Source: Spirogloea muscicola
Taxonomy: Eukaryota
Direction of reading: 5' to 3'
Assembly: GCA_009602725.1 (NCBI GenBank)
Contig: WELB01000005.1
Location: 1,271,655-1,306,210 of the forward strand
DNA: 34,556 nucleotides
Both the position numbers and the translations under genes were made by a program. Below, one piece after another: positions 10,760 through 23,996 of the stretch (within the stretch, counting starts at the first letter, position 1; each line of letters begins with the position of its first letter). The notes beneath the pieces were generated by a model. It worked only from the letters and a program-made list of their open reading frames with translations, made no database searches and had not been told where the DNA came from.

Positions 10760-13480
10760 TCAAGCGCTGCGTGTCCCTTGTATGCACGCCCAACCATCCT
10801 CCTCGGTAAAGGAGACATTGACCATGAATGGCCCGTAAGCTTCGGTGACTGCACTCACCTGCTCAGCAATAGAGTGTACCCCATCAAAAGCCCGTGAGGC
10901 ACCTTGACTATAGAATCTCCGCTGTCACCAATGATGCTTAGCTCACTGTCATGTCTTTGCCACTCCCTTGAGCACTCCCACATCCAGACACTCTGGGATT
11001 CACACGCAAAGACATCCATAAAAGCAAGTCCCTTATCCTTGACCCACACTCGCGGAGGAGCGGTGTAGCAGGCTCACCTGCGAGGTGAGGATACCTGAGA
11101 GAGCGATCCTGCCGCCTGGCCTGGCATAGCTGGCGAGCCGTGGCGCCAATAGCAGCAAGGGGCCCACCAGTATATTGGCTACAACGATGTCAAACAAGCT
11201 GTCTGCCTCGGATGCTGGCCACTTGCCGGCTTGCTGGAGCGGTCCAGGAGCTGCAGGGTCTTTGCCATCAGGAGTCCTCAGGACGGCCTCGAAGACAGGT
11301 GGCGCGTATCCATTGAGGCGCGCATTGTGCATAGCTGAGGAGACAGCGAGAGGGTCGATGTCAACGCCCACGGCCCGTGAGCCATGCAGCTGCTCGGCAG
11401 GCGGAGAAATCAGAACTTGGAGTCAGCGGATGTCATCTGCAGTCCAAGAGCTGCTCTGCACTCCAGAGAAGTGGCATCAGTGGCGCCACTTGGGATAGTT
11501 GGTGTCTGTGAGTATTGCAACGACAGCGTGAGTCTCCATAGAAGGACAGCGATGCTCACCTTGAGCGCTGCCAGTGACAGGATGCCGGAGCCGCATCCAT
11601 AGTCCAGCATCTTTTCGCCGCCCTTCACCTTCGCGGCGTCAACGATCATGATGAGGGTCTTGAGATATGCTCTGCAAACGCTCTTGGCTTTCGACCTGGC
11701 AAGGGAAACGTAACGAGCATAGGACACAGATGAGCTCCGGCAGCAAGAGCAAGTGCAGAGACGGCGACGCACCGCGCTTTTGAGCCACCGGAGGCACAGG
11801 CGTGTAGTTGGGTGGTCACCAGTGCCAAACGCCACGCCGGGCTCCAGCAGGATGCTCAGCGCTGCAGGGTCCTGTGGTATTCCAAGTCAATTACTGCCTA
11901 GTCATTGTCTTGTTTACAAATTTGAACAAAAACAACTATCATCCAATTCTTGCAGTAAATGACATTGACCGATAGCAAGCAAGCCCAGGACTGCACCACT
12001 TGGGAACTTAAGGTGTTAAGACCAAGCTTGCACTGAAGAAAATGCAGCGAACATTCCATCTTGGAATCACTCATCAAGCAAATGGCCAACATGCCGAAGG
12101 TTGTGAAGTTGTGGAAGAGGGCAAGCAGCTCCAAGGGTTCACAATCTAGGCTCTGGAGTATACATTCACGGGATCATAAATCTCCTCCAAGGACAAGCAG
12201 AGGTAATCCAAAAGGACCGGAAACAGTGACGAAGGACCAGGAAGGGGCCTGATGACCAGGTTTTGAATTCTGGCGGCTCTGGTGTTGTGGATGGAGTGAA
12301 AGGCACAGGATAGCTGCAATTTGGCTCAACATCTGATAGAGCTGGACAGCCAAGTCTCACAGGGGGAAGCTTCGTCTCCCAGCTGGGCACAACCCAGAGG
12401 CCATCAGCAACTTCTGTGGAGCGATACAGTCTCTGCCGCAGACCACACAGCCAGCAGTCTCACCGCAGCATCAGCACGTCTGTTGGATTGCAGTGTGTCT
12501 GAGGGGCCCATCACGGACTGCTGCAAATGCAGGGGGGACTTCATGTACGTCCAAAGTGCCGAATTACAGCGCAATAAGTGCGAGCTCGATGACAAAGAGC
12601 ACCGCACCACTGATGCATCAGCTTGGTTGTTAAATCCCATCACGTACACAAATTTCTCTAACTTGCCTCTAGATTTCTCTAAGCATAGATCTGAATCTAA
12701 CTCCAGGTATAGCTTTCTCAGATCCTGCACCTGTACATGGCCAATCCAGTCCTTGTTGGCAATGTACTCAAGTGAGAAGCTGGGCACCGAGTCGAGACCG
12801 GCGGCAGTGGCGGCAGCGGCCAGCGCCGCCGCTGCATCGCTGCTGCTTGGGAACAGGGCCACCAAGCGGCTCTGCAATACCAGCAACAAGGGCGCGCGAA
12901 AGTTAGCACTGTCTGCTACTGCCATCTTGCACGAGCTGCGACTACTGAAGCCTGCATGGACGGCAGGCGAGCAAAACCAGCGCAAGGAGCAGTGGATGCA
13001 CGGTAAGGAGCCCACGATGGGTTACGGGGTTAGGTTTAGTAAGTAGGGTTTAGGGTTAAAGACCTGCTGCCAGAGCGGCTGGCGTTGCTCCGGAGCCTGC
13101 CACGGCAGCGGCCCAGCGGCGTAGATCTGCGCCCATACGACGGCCGCGGCTCGCTCGCGCGGGGTGAGCTTGGAGGAGCCAGGCCTGCTCGGCCAGGGAG
13201 TTAACAAGACTGGCAGCATTACAGTAACAACGGCAATTGTGGCAGCATGATGGGGTGCCAGTGGCGGCATAATCGTGGCAGCCAGCACCGGAGGTGGTCA
13301 GCAGAGGAGATGGGATAATGCTTAGGCTTAAACCTGCCTTTACTGTAATGACCGGGTTAAGGTTTTGGATTTGAGAGGTGTAGGTTCGAGCACCTCCTGC
13401 TCGGCGGCGGTCCCGAGGTGTGCGTCCTCCACGCTGCAGGCGGCCGCGCCGTGCTCCAGCAGCGCGTCCATCAGCGCGCC
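10760..13480 (-). CDS. prmA: Ribosomal protein L11 methyltransferase (PrmA family), 5' end not identified; exons 13480-13394, 13126-13064, 12871-12731, 12432-12361, 11871-11773, 11628-11560, 11389-11078, 10858-10760
   Basis: Motifs LWVVPSW, LEPGVAFGTGDHPTTRLCL, LDYGCGSGIL, GVDIDPLAV, FDIVVANIL, GGRIALSGIL and EEDGWACI. All junctions are phase 0 GT-AG. Confidence 0.93.
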
Positions 13481-13526
13481 CTGGGGTCCAGGGGTCGGGT
13501 TACGGTTAAGGGCCTCATGCTGGCCA

Positions 13527-13540
13527 GCGGCGGCGGCGGC

Positions 13541-13573
<33 letters not shown>
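13527..13573. repeat. Interrupted (GGC)n microsatellite between prmA and the next gene
   Basis: GGC runs at 13527-13540 and 13542-13573. Confidence 0.9.
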
Positions 13574-13574
<1 letters not shown>

Positions 13575-13602
13575 CACCCCCCTCGCCAGCGGCGGCGCCG
13601 CC

Positions 13603-14307
13603 ATGGGCCTCTCTCGGAACCCTTCGATGCTGCGCACACCCACCGTACCGGGCAGCCTGGACGCCCTCGTCGGCCCGGCGGTGGCCATCTCCCGGCCGCC
13701 ACTAGGGCCGCCGCCTCCGTCGTTGTCGTCGACAGCTGTCGGGCTGAAGCGCTTTGGCTTCCACGTACGTCCGCCAGCTCCAGCTCCCGCGCCTCGACAG
13801 CCCGCTGCCTCTGCAGTGTGTGTCGAGCCACCTTGGCTAATGACGACGATGACGACAATAACGATAAGATGACAACGACAATCATGACGATAATGACGTT
13901 AATGACGATATTGATGACCGTCCTTTCTGGTTGCAGCCGACGCTGCTGCCGCTGGCGCTCATTGCTGTTGGCCTGGGCGGCCTGCTGCTCCGGATGCTGC
14001 CGGACATGCGATCGACCATGCACTCCGCGCTGCCGCTCCTGCCTCTGCTCCGCCCCCCGCCGCTGACGTGGGCAGAAACCGTCGCCGCCGCTGTGGCGCT
14101 GGCGGTCCTCGCCGTCGCCGTTGCCCGCCTCATCGCCGGGTCGTGGGCAGCCGTCCACGTGTGGCTGCTGCCGTCGGTGCTTCCATGGCATGCCGAGGTA
14201 TGCACGTTACTTGTCTCAGGCTGGGCGGTGCCAAATGCTGGCAGCGTCGTTGGCCCCACCTCCCCTCCTGGCACCCTCTTGTGCCCTGCACGCAGCAGGG
14301 GGGCGTC
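13603..14307 (+). CDS. Unidentified gene 5' fragment with hydrophobic, probably transmembrane, segments; exons 13603-13764, 13937-14197, and 14296 to the N at 14308
   Basis: gccgccATGG start context. Donor CAC|gtacgt, acceptor ttgcag|CCG and donor GAG|gtatgc keep the frame. Encodes TLLPLALIAVGLGGLLL and TVAAAVALAVLAVAVARLIAG. No family recognised. Confidence 0.5.
13840..13919. repeat. Degenerate (GAC/GAT/AAT)n low-complexity tract in a predicted intron
   Basis: atgacgacgatgacgacaataacgataagatgacaacgacaatcatgacgataatgacg... Confidence 0.7.
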
Positions 14308-14308
14308 N

Positions 14309-17300
14309 CGCCGCGGCGCCCCAGTCGGCGGCGTGGCTGGGGTCGTACCCGGCGTTCCGCGCGGTCGGGCAGTGCCAGGTGTACGCGCCGCGGGGCCCGC
14401 CGCGGGCGCTCCTCAACTTCCTCGGCGGCGCCTTCATCGGCGCCAGCCCCGACGTCACCTACAGGTGCGCCAGGGCTTTGGGTTCAATGGCCTCACCGAC
14501 GCTGGGCTTGGACGGAGCCAGGGCTTAGACTCCTCGTCCTGAGGTCCCGGGTTCAGCATTCTCGCGCCCCGCTGCTGTCTCTCCATCAGGTTACCAGCTT
14601 GATTTACTGGTAACTATTAAAGCACCTCGTAAAGCTACTCCTGCGAAAATACATTAACAATACGTGAAAGAAGAGAAGCATCATAAGCAGAGCGGAGATC
14701 GACCTGTCATGATGCATCGAGTTCGTGTTTGAGTCTGAGAAGTAACCGCCGGTAGGTGAGCAGAGACGGTGTCCTCTCCGCCGCTCGCATTTGCTGAGCG
14801 GCATGGGGCCACCGGCAGCGCCGCCGCAGCCTGCTGATCGAGCTGCTGGTGAAGGAGGGCTACCTCGTCGTGGCGACGCCGTACGAGGTCACATTCGACC
14901 ACGCCGCCTCGTCCCGCCGCATCCACGACAAGTTCAACGACGCCCTCGACCTCCTCCGGGCCTCCGGCCTCCCAGATGCTGGCATCTCTGCGGCTGGCGT
15001 CCAGGGCTTCCCCATCTACAGCGTCGGCCACAGGTTAGCGCCAATGTTCAACAGTCCCTCTCCCCCATTATCCCTCTATATAGCCCTCGTTCTGGGGTCG
15101 ATTCAATGTAATGAGCGGCCCTTATAGACATCCAAACGAACCACGATAGGGCTAACCTCACTTGAGCACAGCATTCATCAGTTATGGCCGAGCACGCTTG
15201 CTTGCTCAAGTCGTGTGTCACTTGGTCTGCGGGCAACTGCCGCCGCCCGCGTGGAGGCTGCTGCTGAGGGCCGTGTCTGCTTGCCAAGCATCTCCCTGGG
15301 CTTATGCTGAACAATGACATGTGGCTGCAGCAACGGCGCCCTCATGCAGGTGCTGATTGGCAGCCTGTGCACCGACCGGACCCTCCCCCAGGTTCGCGCT
15401 CGCAGTTAAGGTGTCCTAGTGTTGTCCTGTGGCAGAGGAGTCTCGCATTGCACGTGAAAGGAAAGGCAGATTAAGATATGGTGCAAACTCCAGATTACAG
15501 AGCTGAAATTCATGGCGTTGAATTCATTAGGACTACTGGATCTGATGTTTCCGATTCAGAAAACGTCAGTACCAGAGGTTCAGCAAGTGTACATGCACGT
15601 CCTCGATTGATGTAGACTATAAGTCAGGGCTCCTTCTCGGTGATTCAAACTTTCGGTGCTTCTTATCAGGCAAATGCAATCTTGTCCTTCAACAACAAGG
15701 GCGCGACAGGCGCTGTGCCTTTTTTTGAGCAGGTCTGGTACTTTGTGCATGCTGGACACCTTACTCATGTTGCAAAAGAGCAATCCACGTGTCCTGCCAC
15801 TACATGATTGAGTGAGAAGCATGACAATGTGTCAAGCAGAAAGTGGACTTGCTCGAACGTGGATGACCTGATCAGCGTGGGCACTCGTCACACGTAGAAG
15901 GATTAGTGGTCGCCAGCAAGACATATTAGAGCTGGTCACAGTATGCCCTAGAGTTGGTTACATTTACCTTACGCTAAATTAATACTCTAAGCAACTTAGG
16001 CGACTTGGCTCTCCAAGTAGGGTGTGGACGAGCGCTTAGAGGACAAAGTACTGTCAACTGTATGACATGGAAATTGCGATGATGTGCCTGCAGCTTGGAC
16101 CAGGCTTGAAGCAACTCGCACCAGCCATTGAGAGCTCCCCACTGACGGGCCTGGCGCTCAGCCTCGTGGGTGCGATTCTGCAAATATATATTCAGTTGTT
16201 GTACTGCATCTACCTGGCCCTTTTGCAGACTGAATTGTGCATACTTAGCTAATATAGCTAGCAACACACTCAAGCAAAGTCGTAGTGACTTTCTACTTTG
16301 CACCATCATCCTGTACCTTAAATCGTTGCTTGTCCGACAGGTCCTGTTACACTGTTATCTGTTTGTGCCACCTCTCAGATTGGCCTGCACTGGAGCTGGA
16401 AGAAGGGCGACGCTATCAGCCACACCCATCCGCCTTGTAATCTCATGTGACTCCAGCTGCTCTGTGCTGGGCAGATGAAGCGGTGAGGCTGGCAGAGAGC
16501 GGCCCAGTTGATCTTGACCCAGTTCTGAGGTTCCTCAACCAAATTGGGCCAGTCTTTGGCCAGGTATGGGTTACCCTGTGCCGTTTGAGGCCTACACCCC
16601 GTGTGGCATGTACGCTGCATATGCATTATTGTTGGCACGAAAACGTAAGTTTGCTGTCACGGACACTGGCCTCCTCTCCCCTTGACTGATTCTCAGCCGC
16701 ATTGGACCTTGGAGATATGATCGCTTGTTTGAGGTGAGAAGCTTCATTTGTTGCAGGTGCGAGAGGGAGTGGTGGAATTCACCCCCAGCCCCTCAGAAAA
16801 CCGGGTGTCCATAGCCAACCACTACGTTGTGCCGCACAATTTGCTGGTATATCAAATCCTCATCACTCCCGTGCCTTGTGCCTTATGCTAAGTACATTGT
16901 GTAGGGGTCTACAGTGAGTGCAGTTCAGGGTTAGGAAGTCTGCGGTGAAGGCTTGACAACTGCTTATGATGCGCTACAGCTTTGCATTTCGGATATCTAA
17001 GAAGGATATGGATGTGCAAGCATTGGGCGTGTACGCACATGAACTCCTAGACAGTCCAGTCGATACCTCATTAGGCTGATTTGCACAGTCCTCTGAGCAG
17101 GTGAAATTTGAGATTGACACGATTGACGAGACAGACATCCTGGAGAGCCTGCTGCGGCCGAGGGCCACCGCATGCGGCGGCACCTTGGTCAAGCTGGAGC
17201 TGCCCGGCACGCATGCAACACCGCTCGCACCCGTTCGTCTCTATCTCCCCAACCACTTAGTTCACTCGCCCATTACTATGTCCTAAGTGCAGCGTCTAGC

Positions 17301-17495
17301 AGAAGCTGGTGCTATGGCATGGCGAACTTTTAATGGAGTCTTACGCCTGCCCCTGATGACATCCAGGATTTCAAGTGGGAAGTCGGCAGCACCTTCTCGC
17401 CGCTGGATGCCGTTGCGCAGGGGCTCCGCTCCGCCGCGCTCGCCGACATGCGGAAGCTGGTCAGGGCCATGGCCAACTTCTTCGACAGCTTGTGA
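14309..17495 (+). CDS. DUF1350 family alpha/beta-hydrolase-like protein, 5' end cut at N14308; exons 14309-14464, 14830-15033, 15331-15391, 15670-15732, 16094-16169, 16475-16563, 16757-16846, 17101-17232, 17367-17495
   Basis: PRALLNFLGGAFIGASPDVTY, GYLVVATPY.VTFDH, nucleophile elbow VGHSNG, ANAILSFNN, EFTPSPSE, NLLVKFEIDTIDET, LPGTHATPL and W.VG..FSPLDAVAQ match the cyanobacterial/plant DUF1350 family. Confidence 0.88.
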
Positions 17496-18370
17496 CATGG
17501 TTGCCGGCTGAAGTACGCTAATATGCCGCATGCAGTGTACTTGGCAGGATGGACATTACCTCCAACATTGTCGTGCTGCTGTGCCTAATTGGAAGTGTCA
17601 AACTGCACTGAATATCATGGTCAGGCCTGTTAGCAATCTCTTTGGTGCGGCCCAGCTAAACAGCAGCTGTAAAGACCGGAGTCAGACTCTCAATAGATAA
17701 GTTCTCCGAGTGCTCTTTATGGGATGCTACGCTCTGACACCACATTCCTGCTTCAAGAAGATCGAGCAAGTGCAGCTGATTTGCAGTAAGGGCCAGCGCT
17801 CGTGCATGTTGCCATGGACTACGAGGGTGGCTATATATGGACAGATTGAGAGCCACAGGTATGCAAGGCTACCTTGCGAAAGCCTGTCCATAGCAGACAT
17901 ACGCTGGGTGCGCTTCACTGGCAGCATACACTTGCATGCGGCTTGAGCTATGTCGAGACTGCTGGATATCATGCATGGCAGCAGAAAGATGCAGTAGTTG
18001 ACAGGCCAGCTGCAGGCGCGGTCGTGCAGCCTCACATGCCATCAGGGAGCGAGCTGCACGTCGAGGCCGCAAAGTCTGAGCTCATTGGAGGAGGCTCTTC
18101 CTGTAGAGGGCGATGGCTGTGCTTGGCCAGCCCAGAAGAAGAACGAACGATGTTTCGAAGGCGCCACAGAAGCGGTAGGAACACAGCGACTCAAGTGTGG
18201 CCACCGGGTGCTCAATGCTGAGCTCATTTGCCTGCACTCGTGCGACCACAGTTGTGGGCAGAATCTGACGCCCGCATTGGGTTGTGGACACCTACAAGTA
18301 CCTCCGTCTGCAGTGCGAGTTGGGCTCTTAAGCCCAGAACCCTAACACCCGACCACAAACCCTGGACCCA

Positions 18371-18403
<33 letters not shown>
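18371..18403. repeat. (GCC)n microsatellite upstream of ATR3
   Basis: About 11 GCC units. Confidence 0.9.
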
Positions 18404-18405
<2 letters not shown>

Positions 18406-18472
18406 GTGCTGCGTAGGCCGCAGAGGCGGGGGAGCCTCGCACGAGGCCCCGGCTCTGGCCACGGCGCCATCN

Positions 18473-21400
18473 CCGCCGCTGCTGGTCCTTTACGCGTCGC
18501 AGACTGGGAACGCGCAGGACGTGGCCGAGCGCGTCGCGCGGGAGGCCCGCCGGCTGTCGCTGGCGCCGGCGGTCGCCGCCATGGACGCCGTCGACGTCGT
18601 GAGTGTGCCCCGAGCCTGGCAGTCGTCCCCCTCTTCGGCTCGCTGACGCGGTCACGCTAAGGGAGGCTTGACGGCGTCGCCTGGAGGCAATGCGCCTGGC
18701 TGCGGCGTCGATAAATGTTTAAATAACAATATGATACATCCTAATCAAAAATGCTTGCACAAGTCGCAATTGTGGATAACCAATGTTTTAATGCGCAGAC
18801 CTCGCTGCTGGCCGCCATGCGCGTCGTCTTCGTGGCTGCGACCACTGGGCAGGGCGACCCGCCTGACAACATGAAGGTATGCTCCTTAACCCCAAACCCT
18901 TGACTGTAGGATACGGGGTTAAGGATGTAGCTTTTAGGTTTTAAGTTTCCGGTTCTGGTTAGCTCCACTCTGGTAATTATTTTACGTCGCGAGCTGGCCT
19001 GCCTCGCGCCGTGCCCCAGCTCTCCTCCTGCGCCACGTCCTAGTGCCGGTCTGACCTCTGCCGGCCTCCAACGCCACATTTAAGTCTTGATCACCTAATC
19101 CAAATGCCGGGTTTAGGGTTAGGGCGTCCGGTCAGGTGGAGTCAGTTGCACGATGAGATGAGGGGTGACTGGCACAATCTTGTTCACATGACTCGTAACG
19201 ATCTTGATGTAATATTCCACTTTGCGGATGTCAAGCCATCACTGAACCCCAACAGCCACAGTGAACCTCAAATTCTAGCTCAGTAAATCCACGAGCAACG
19301 ACTTTGTTCATGGCGGCAGAGATTTTGGCGGCAGCTGCTGCGCAAGAGCCTGGGACCCGCCTTTCTTGGCAGCCTCCAATACGCTGTCTTCGGCCTTGGC
19401 GACTCTGGCTATGAGAAGTACAACGTGGGTGCCTCGGCAGAGGCCCAGCCCTGATTACTGCGCTCTGTTGCCTGGCCGCATGTATCACAGGTCTCCATGC
19501 ACCCAAATTCCTTTGTATATGAAATTGTGATTCGAGTTGAAGATCGTGTAGCATTCTTGCCTGTTGCCAATTATGTACTAGAGCTCTTTGCTGCAGGTGG
19601 TTGCCAAGAAGCTGGACCGCCGCCTGCAGGATCTGGGGGCCACTCCCATGGTCTCCAGGGGCCTGGGCGATGACCAGCACCCCTCCGGGTATACTACAAT
19701 CGCTTGTGTTACTAAATTACCTCCTAAGTCTTAAGTACAATGGCTGTGAATCATGTATGCTTGATATGTGATAACCACTGACTTGCTTGGTAGTCTTGTC
19801 ACAAGCTCTTACCTTTGTGCACATTAGAGACAAAGGCTGTCACCTGGGGCACCCATATCACGAATGTTTTACACGATGAAAACCAGTTGGTATACTGAGA
19901 CTACCCTCATAATCTCACACCACCATGCAAGACCTCATCACTTTACCCTCAGCCATTGAGCAAGGAGAGCTGCGGGCAGCTTACTATCAGAAGTCGCCCA
20001 GCAGTTGGTGTCCAGTGGTTCTTTCAGCAGCTCCATCCTGCATCAAACTTTGTGATTTAGGTACGAAGCGGCGCTCGACCCGTGGCTGGCAGCACTGTGG
20101 GTATCAGGCCAGCTGTTGAATGCCAGGCCCAATGGCCTCTTCCTTGCTCAGCAGGGCCCGCTTGAGCTCGATCGCCCCAGATATGAGGTTGTGCATCATC
20201 CATATGCAGATACATCCAATGGCAGAGGTGTGTTGTTGGCCTGCATATGCTCATCACTTTGACATTATAATATTGAAAGCTACTGATGTGAGAAAGTATG
20301 GTGATTATCCTGGTGCTGAAACCCAGCACAGCATTGAAGCTGAAGTGCGCTTGGGCACCGTGCCTACCAGTCTCCATAGATGAGCGTCTGGAAGGCATGA
20401 GGGCGTTCCACCAAGCTTCCTTGGCCGCAAGCAGGTTCCAAGTAGGGGGGGCTGTGCCGCTTCTTTCGACGCCGAGCGATGATTCAGCGTTGGGTTACGG
20501 GCCACTACGTCCGTACATTGCTGAGTTGGTAGGCTCCCCTCCTTATAAGCTCATCCTTGCCTATGAGTCATTCCATATATCAAACCTCAACTGCTTGACA
20601 ATCTACTTGCGACCTAGGTGTCATTGAAAATGGGCTGCATGGGACGCTTGGTGTTCGATTGAGCAACTTTGGAGATCCAATCAACCGAAGAATTGCTTAA
20701 TATCAAGGGTCACTCTTGATTTGCTGCTAGGGTCAGGAGGGGTTTAAGGTTGAGCATCCAGGGCTAATGGTTAAGGCACATGAGGCTCGTGGCCCGCTGT
20801 TGCCATGTGACCTGCAATCCTCAAGTATCTAAGTACCAGCAGGCCTGCTGGACTGACAACATGGGTGTCTCTTTGGGCCGGTTGCTCATCTGACGTCCTT
20901 ACACATGTCTCAGCAATGCAAGCCAGGTTGCAAACGAGCGGCTTACTGCAAAGGACTGGGAGCAGGACGTGCGGCACATCGAGTTTGAATTAGGGACTTC
21001 GGTACAGCACAATCACCTCGCTCCTTCCTGAGAGTAGCATGCAGGATCTGCTGAAAGGCTTCACTCGCTTTAGGAAGTCTTAGAGCAGCAAGCGTATTGA
21101 GAGGCCCTTTGATATAAAAAAAATTGCTGCCGCCTGCCTCAGGCCAGGGCTCATGCACCTGTTTCAAAGACTTCTAATGCAATTAGTATTCTTTGCAATC
21201 TCTTGCTTGACAAGTCTGGGGCACGAATGCAGGGCACAACGTATGCGCCGGGGGACGTCGTGAGCATGTACCCAGAGCAGCCTCCAGAGGCAGTCCAGCG
21301 CCTGTTGGCGAGACTTTCTTATGATTGTGATGCTGCAGTTACTGTAAGTAGTCCACCCAAAGAACCCTATTGCACTCATAAAGACAGTCATGGCAGATTT

Positions 21401-23543
21401 GGTGTGGGTATCATAGATATTCTTGATGCAACAAAGGATTGGTAGAGTTCAACCTGATCGATTGTTTTCTTCGATCCATATTTTCCAGATAAGACCCTGA
21501 GTGGAGACTAAGAACCTGCTTCAGAGACTCCATTGTTGTGATTCGACTTTGGGCTTCTGCTTGACAGGTGCACGTTGTACCGGATGCTTCATCATCAGCA
21601 GGCGACGTGGAGACCGTACCACACACTCCTGCTGCCCAACCCATCAGAGTGGCAGCCCTTATTGCTGGCGCTCTAGATATATCGTCAGCTTCTCCCCGCC
21701 GGTACTTTTTTGAGGTCTGCAATTGTAGCATCAAGTTGATTTGCCTGCTTGAGCTTGTGTGCTTTCTCTAATCTTACTAAGCCCTTCTGGGAATTAGCCC
21801 TTCTGGAAGAAGCCCCATCATAATCAATGTCAACTCGAAGACTGAGTCTTATCAAGTGCTGGGTGGCGGAGATCCAATGCAACTTGACGTGTCTCTATTT
21901 GTGCTACGCGTGTGCTTGTGCACACACACAGAGGCACCGCAAGTGTCAGCTGAATGCTGCGCTCTTTCACCAACATGTGGTGCAGATCATGCGACCTTCA
22001 GCTGACACGTTGGCATGTGTGGCAGGTCCTCAGCCACTTTGCGGAGGAAGAAAGGGAGGCGGAGAGGTTGCGTTACTTCAGCACTGCCGAAGGCAGGGAG
22101 GATTTGTACGACTACAACCAGAGGGAAAGGCGCAGCGTGCTGGAGGTGACACATCACGCCCTGAGCATCTGCAATGCATCTGTCTCATTACTTGTCTGGA
22201 TCTCTTTGGAAATGCAGCAATTAAGTCCATATGTCTCAAGTCAATACGGTGTGTCTGCCTCATTTAAATGGATGCCTTCACTGAAACCACTGCTCTTGCA
22301 ACTCTTTTGCAGATCCTGGAAGACTTCCCCTCAGTTCAGCTGCCTCTTCATTGGCTGCTGGAGATTGCACCGCGGCTACAGCCACGCGCCTTCTCGATCG
22401 CGTCATCGCTCCGCGCCCATCCGCAGCGCCTGGAAGTTGTGGCCTCTGTTGTGAAGGTGGTCACGCCCTACAACAGAACGCGCTTTGGGCTCTGCTCCAA
22501 CTGGCTGGCTCAGATGGCCCCTTCCAAGGGTGAGCTATGTCTCAGGCTGGCCAAGCATCAAAATTGCAGCAAGCATGGCTTCCAGGTATCATAGGCGAAT
22601 AGAAGCGTAGTGCTATCAAGCGCTCCACAGCAAATGCAGAGAGTGGTTGCCAAGGACAAGCTCACCATGTTGTGCAGTTGCCGCACAACCAGCATGCACT
22701 GAATGTGACTGGCTCTTAGTAAGCTCATGGCCGTCCGCTCGACTCCGCTCGGAGACTCACAGCCGTGGTGCGTGCATGTCTGCATTGGGTTGCTTAAGGA
22801 GGCCAAGTTCCGCTGTGGGTCTCGCGTGGGTTCCTCCGCCTGCCGCCTGCAACTGGCACGCCGCTCATTCTCGTCGGGCCCGGCACTGGCTGCGCGCCCT
22901 TCCGGTCCTTTCTGGAGGAGAGGGCTTGCCTCCTGCAAGAAGGCCAAGGTCCTGCTCGCCATCGCCTGCAGCTGCAAAACGGGAGCCTTGGCCCCAACAT
23001 CCTGCAGCCCGCACCATGTCTGTTCTTCTTTGGCTGCCGGAAAGAGCACGCGGACTTCTTGTACAAAGAGCAGTGGCGCCTGTACCAAGCCGCGGGGGGC
23101 ATCTTGTCAGAGGCTTGGGGGAGCGGTTTCTACGCGGCCTTCTCCAGAGACCAGGCGCACAAGGTCAGGCTCACTCAACAGCAACTCACATGCTGTGTCG
23201 CAAATGTCATCAAAATCCTCAGCTTCACCAGCAGAAGGCCGATGATCCTGATCTACGGTTGCCAATTGGGTTTGTGCCTACCATGTCGTGAGCCGAGGTT
23301 GCGTCATGGTTGCAGGTTTATGTGCAACACAAGATTCAGGAGGCAGGGCAGCGCGTGTGGGAGCTTGTGCTGCTGGGTGCAAACATCTACATTGCAGGGT
23401 CCGCTCAGAAGATGCCATCCGACGTGAAGAGGGCGCTGCAGAGAGTAGCTGAGCATGAGGGTGGGCTCACGCTGTCCGAGTCCAATGCGTGGTTGAGGCA
23501 AATGGAGCAGACTGGTAGATTATCAGTGGAGGCTTGGTCTTGA
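18473..23543 (+). CDS. ATR3: NADPH-dependent diflavin oxidoreductase 1 (ATR3/NDOR1/Tah18; cytosolic Fe-S assembly), start lost at N18472; exons 18473-18598, 18799-18876, 19320-19424, 19597-19688, 20061-20227, 20371-20528, 20927-21001, 21233-21343, 21568-21714, 22026-22145, 22313-22529, 22799-23163, 23316-23543
   Basis: Flavodoxin motifs LVLYASQTGNAQDVAER, ATTGQGDPPDNM, FWRQLLRKSL, YAVFGLGDSGYEKYN and GLGDDQHPSGYE. FAD/NADPH motifs PRAFSIASS, GLCSNWL, VGPGTGCAPF, FFGCR, AFSRDQ and YVQH. C-terminus EAWS*. Confidence 0.95.
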
Positions 23544-23996
23544 AGCTGGCATCGATTTATACCACTTTTGGGTGATGGTGTCATTCTCTACCTCATTGAG
23601 TACATGCCGTTGCTAGCTGTTGTTGCCATCCTCGCTTTGAGCAGTCAGAGGGCGCATGTAGCATGGGCATTGTGTGCTGCAATTTTAGTTCTGATGGAGA
23701 ATCTTTCTCGTCTCAGTCGATCCCTCACAAGGCGTTGAGTCAATTGCAGTTGCAGGCAATTAGGCCTCATCTGTGCACAACACTACTCATCTCTACAATG
23801 GTGAGAATGGGTGACCAAAGCATCCAAGGAGAGGCGCCTAAGATTGCATGAACGTTGGGGAAGCAGAGAGGCTGTTTAGTCATGGACGTCCATTTTGAGC
23901 TGTGCATAATGCGGAGCCACTTTTTGTTTGAAGTTCTGAAATGCTCAGGAATGTGTGGTGGTGAAGTCCATGCTCGCATGCACACACATCGCAGGA

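Noticed and set aside
13340..14191. 283-aa minus-strand ORF as the PrmA N-terminus, or a minus-strand donor at the self-complementary ACGTACGT (13763-13770)
   Set aside because: In frame with the prmA exon, but the upstream part is poly-Arg or low-complexity and does not resemble PrmA. The plus-strand exon reading fits better. Not fully excluded.
13603..14197. Possible 3-ketoacyl-CoA synthase N-terminus
   Set aside because: Only a loose resemblance (two hydrophobic segments). The expected RPRPVYLVDF-type motif is absent.
14690..14740. Intronic C/D snoRNA candidate
   Set aside because: Imperfect C box, and no terminal stem or recognisable rRNA guide.
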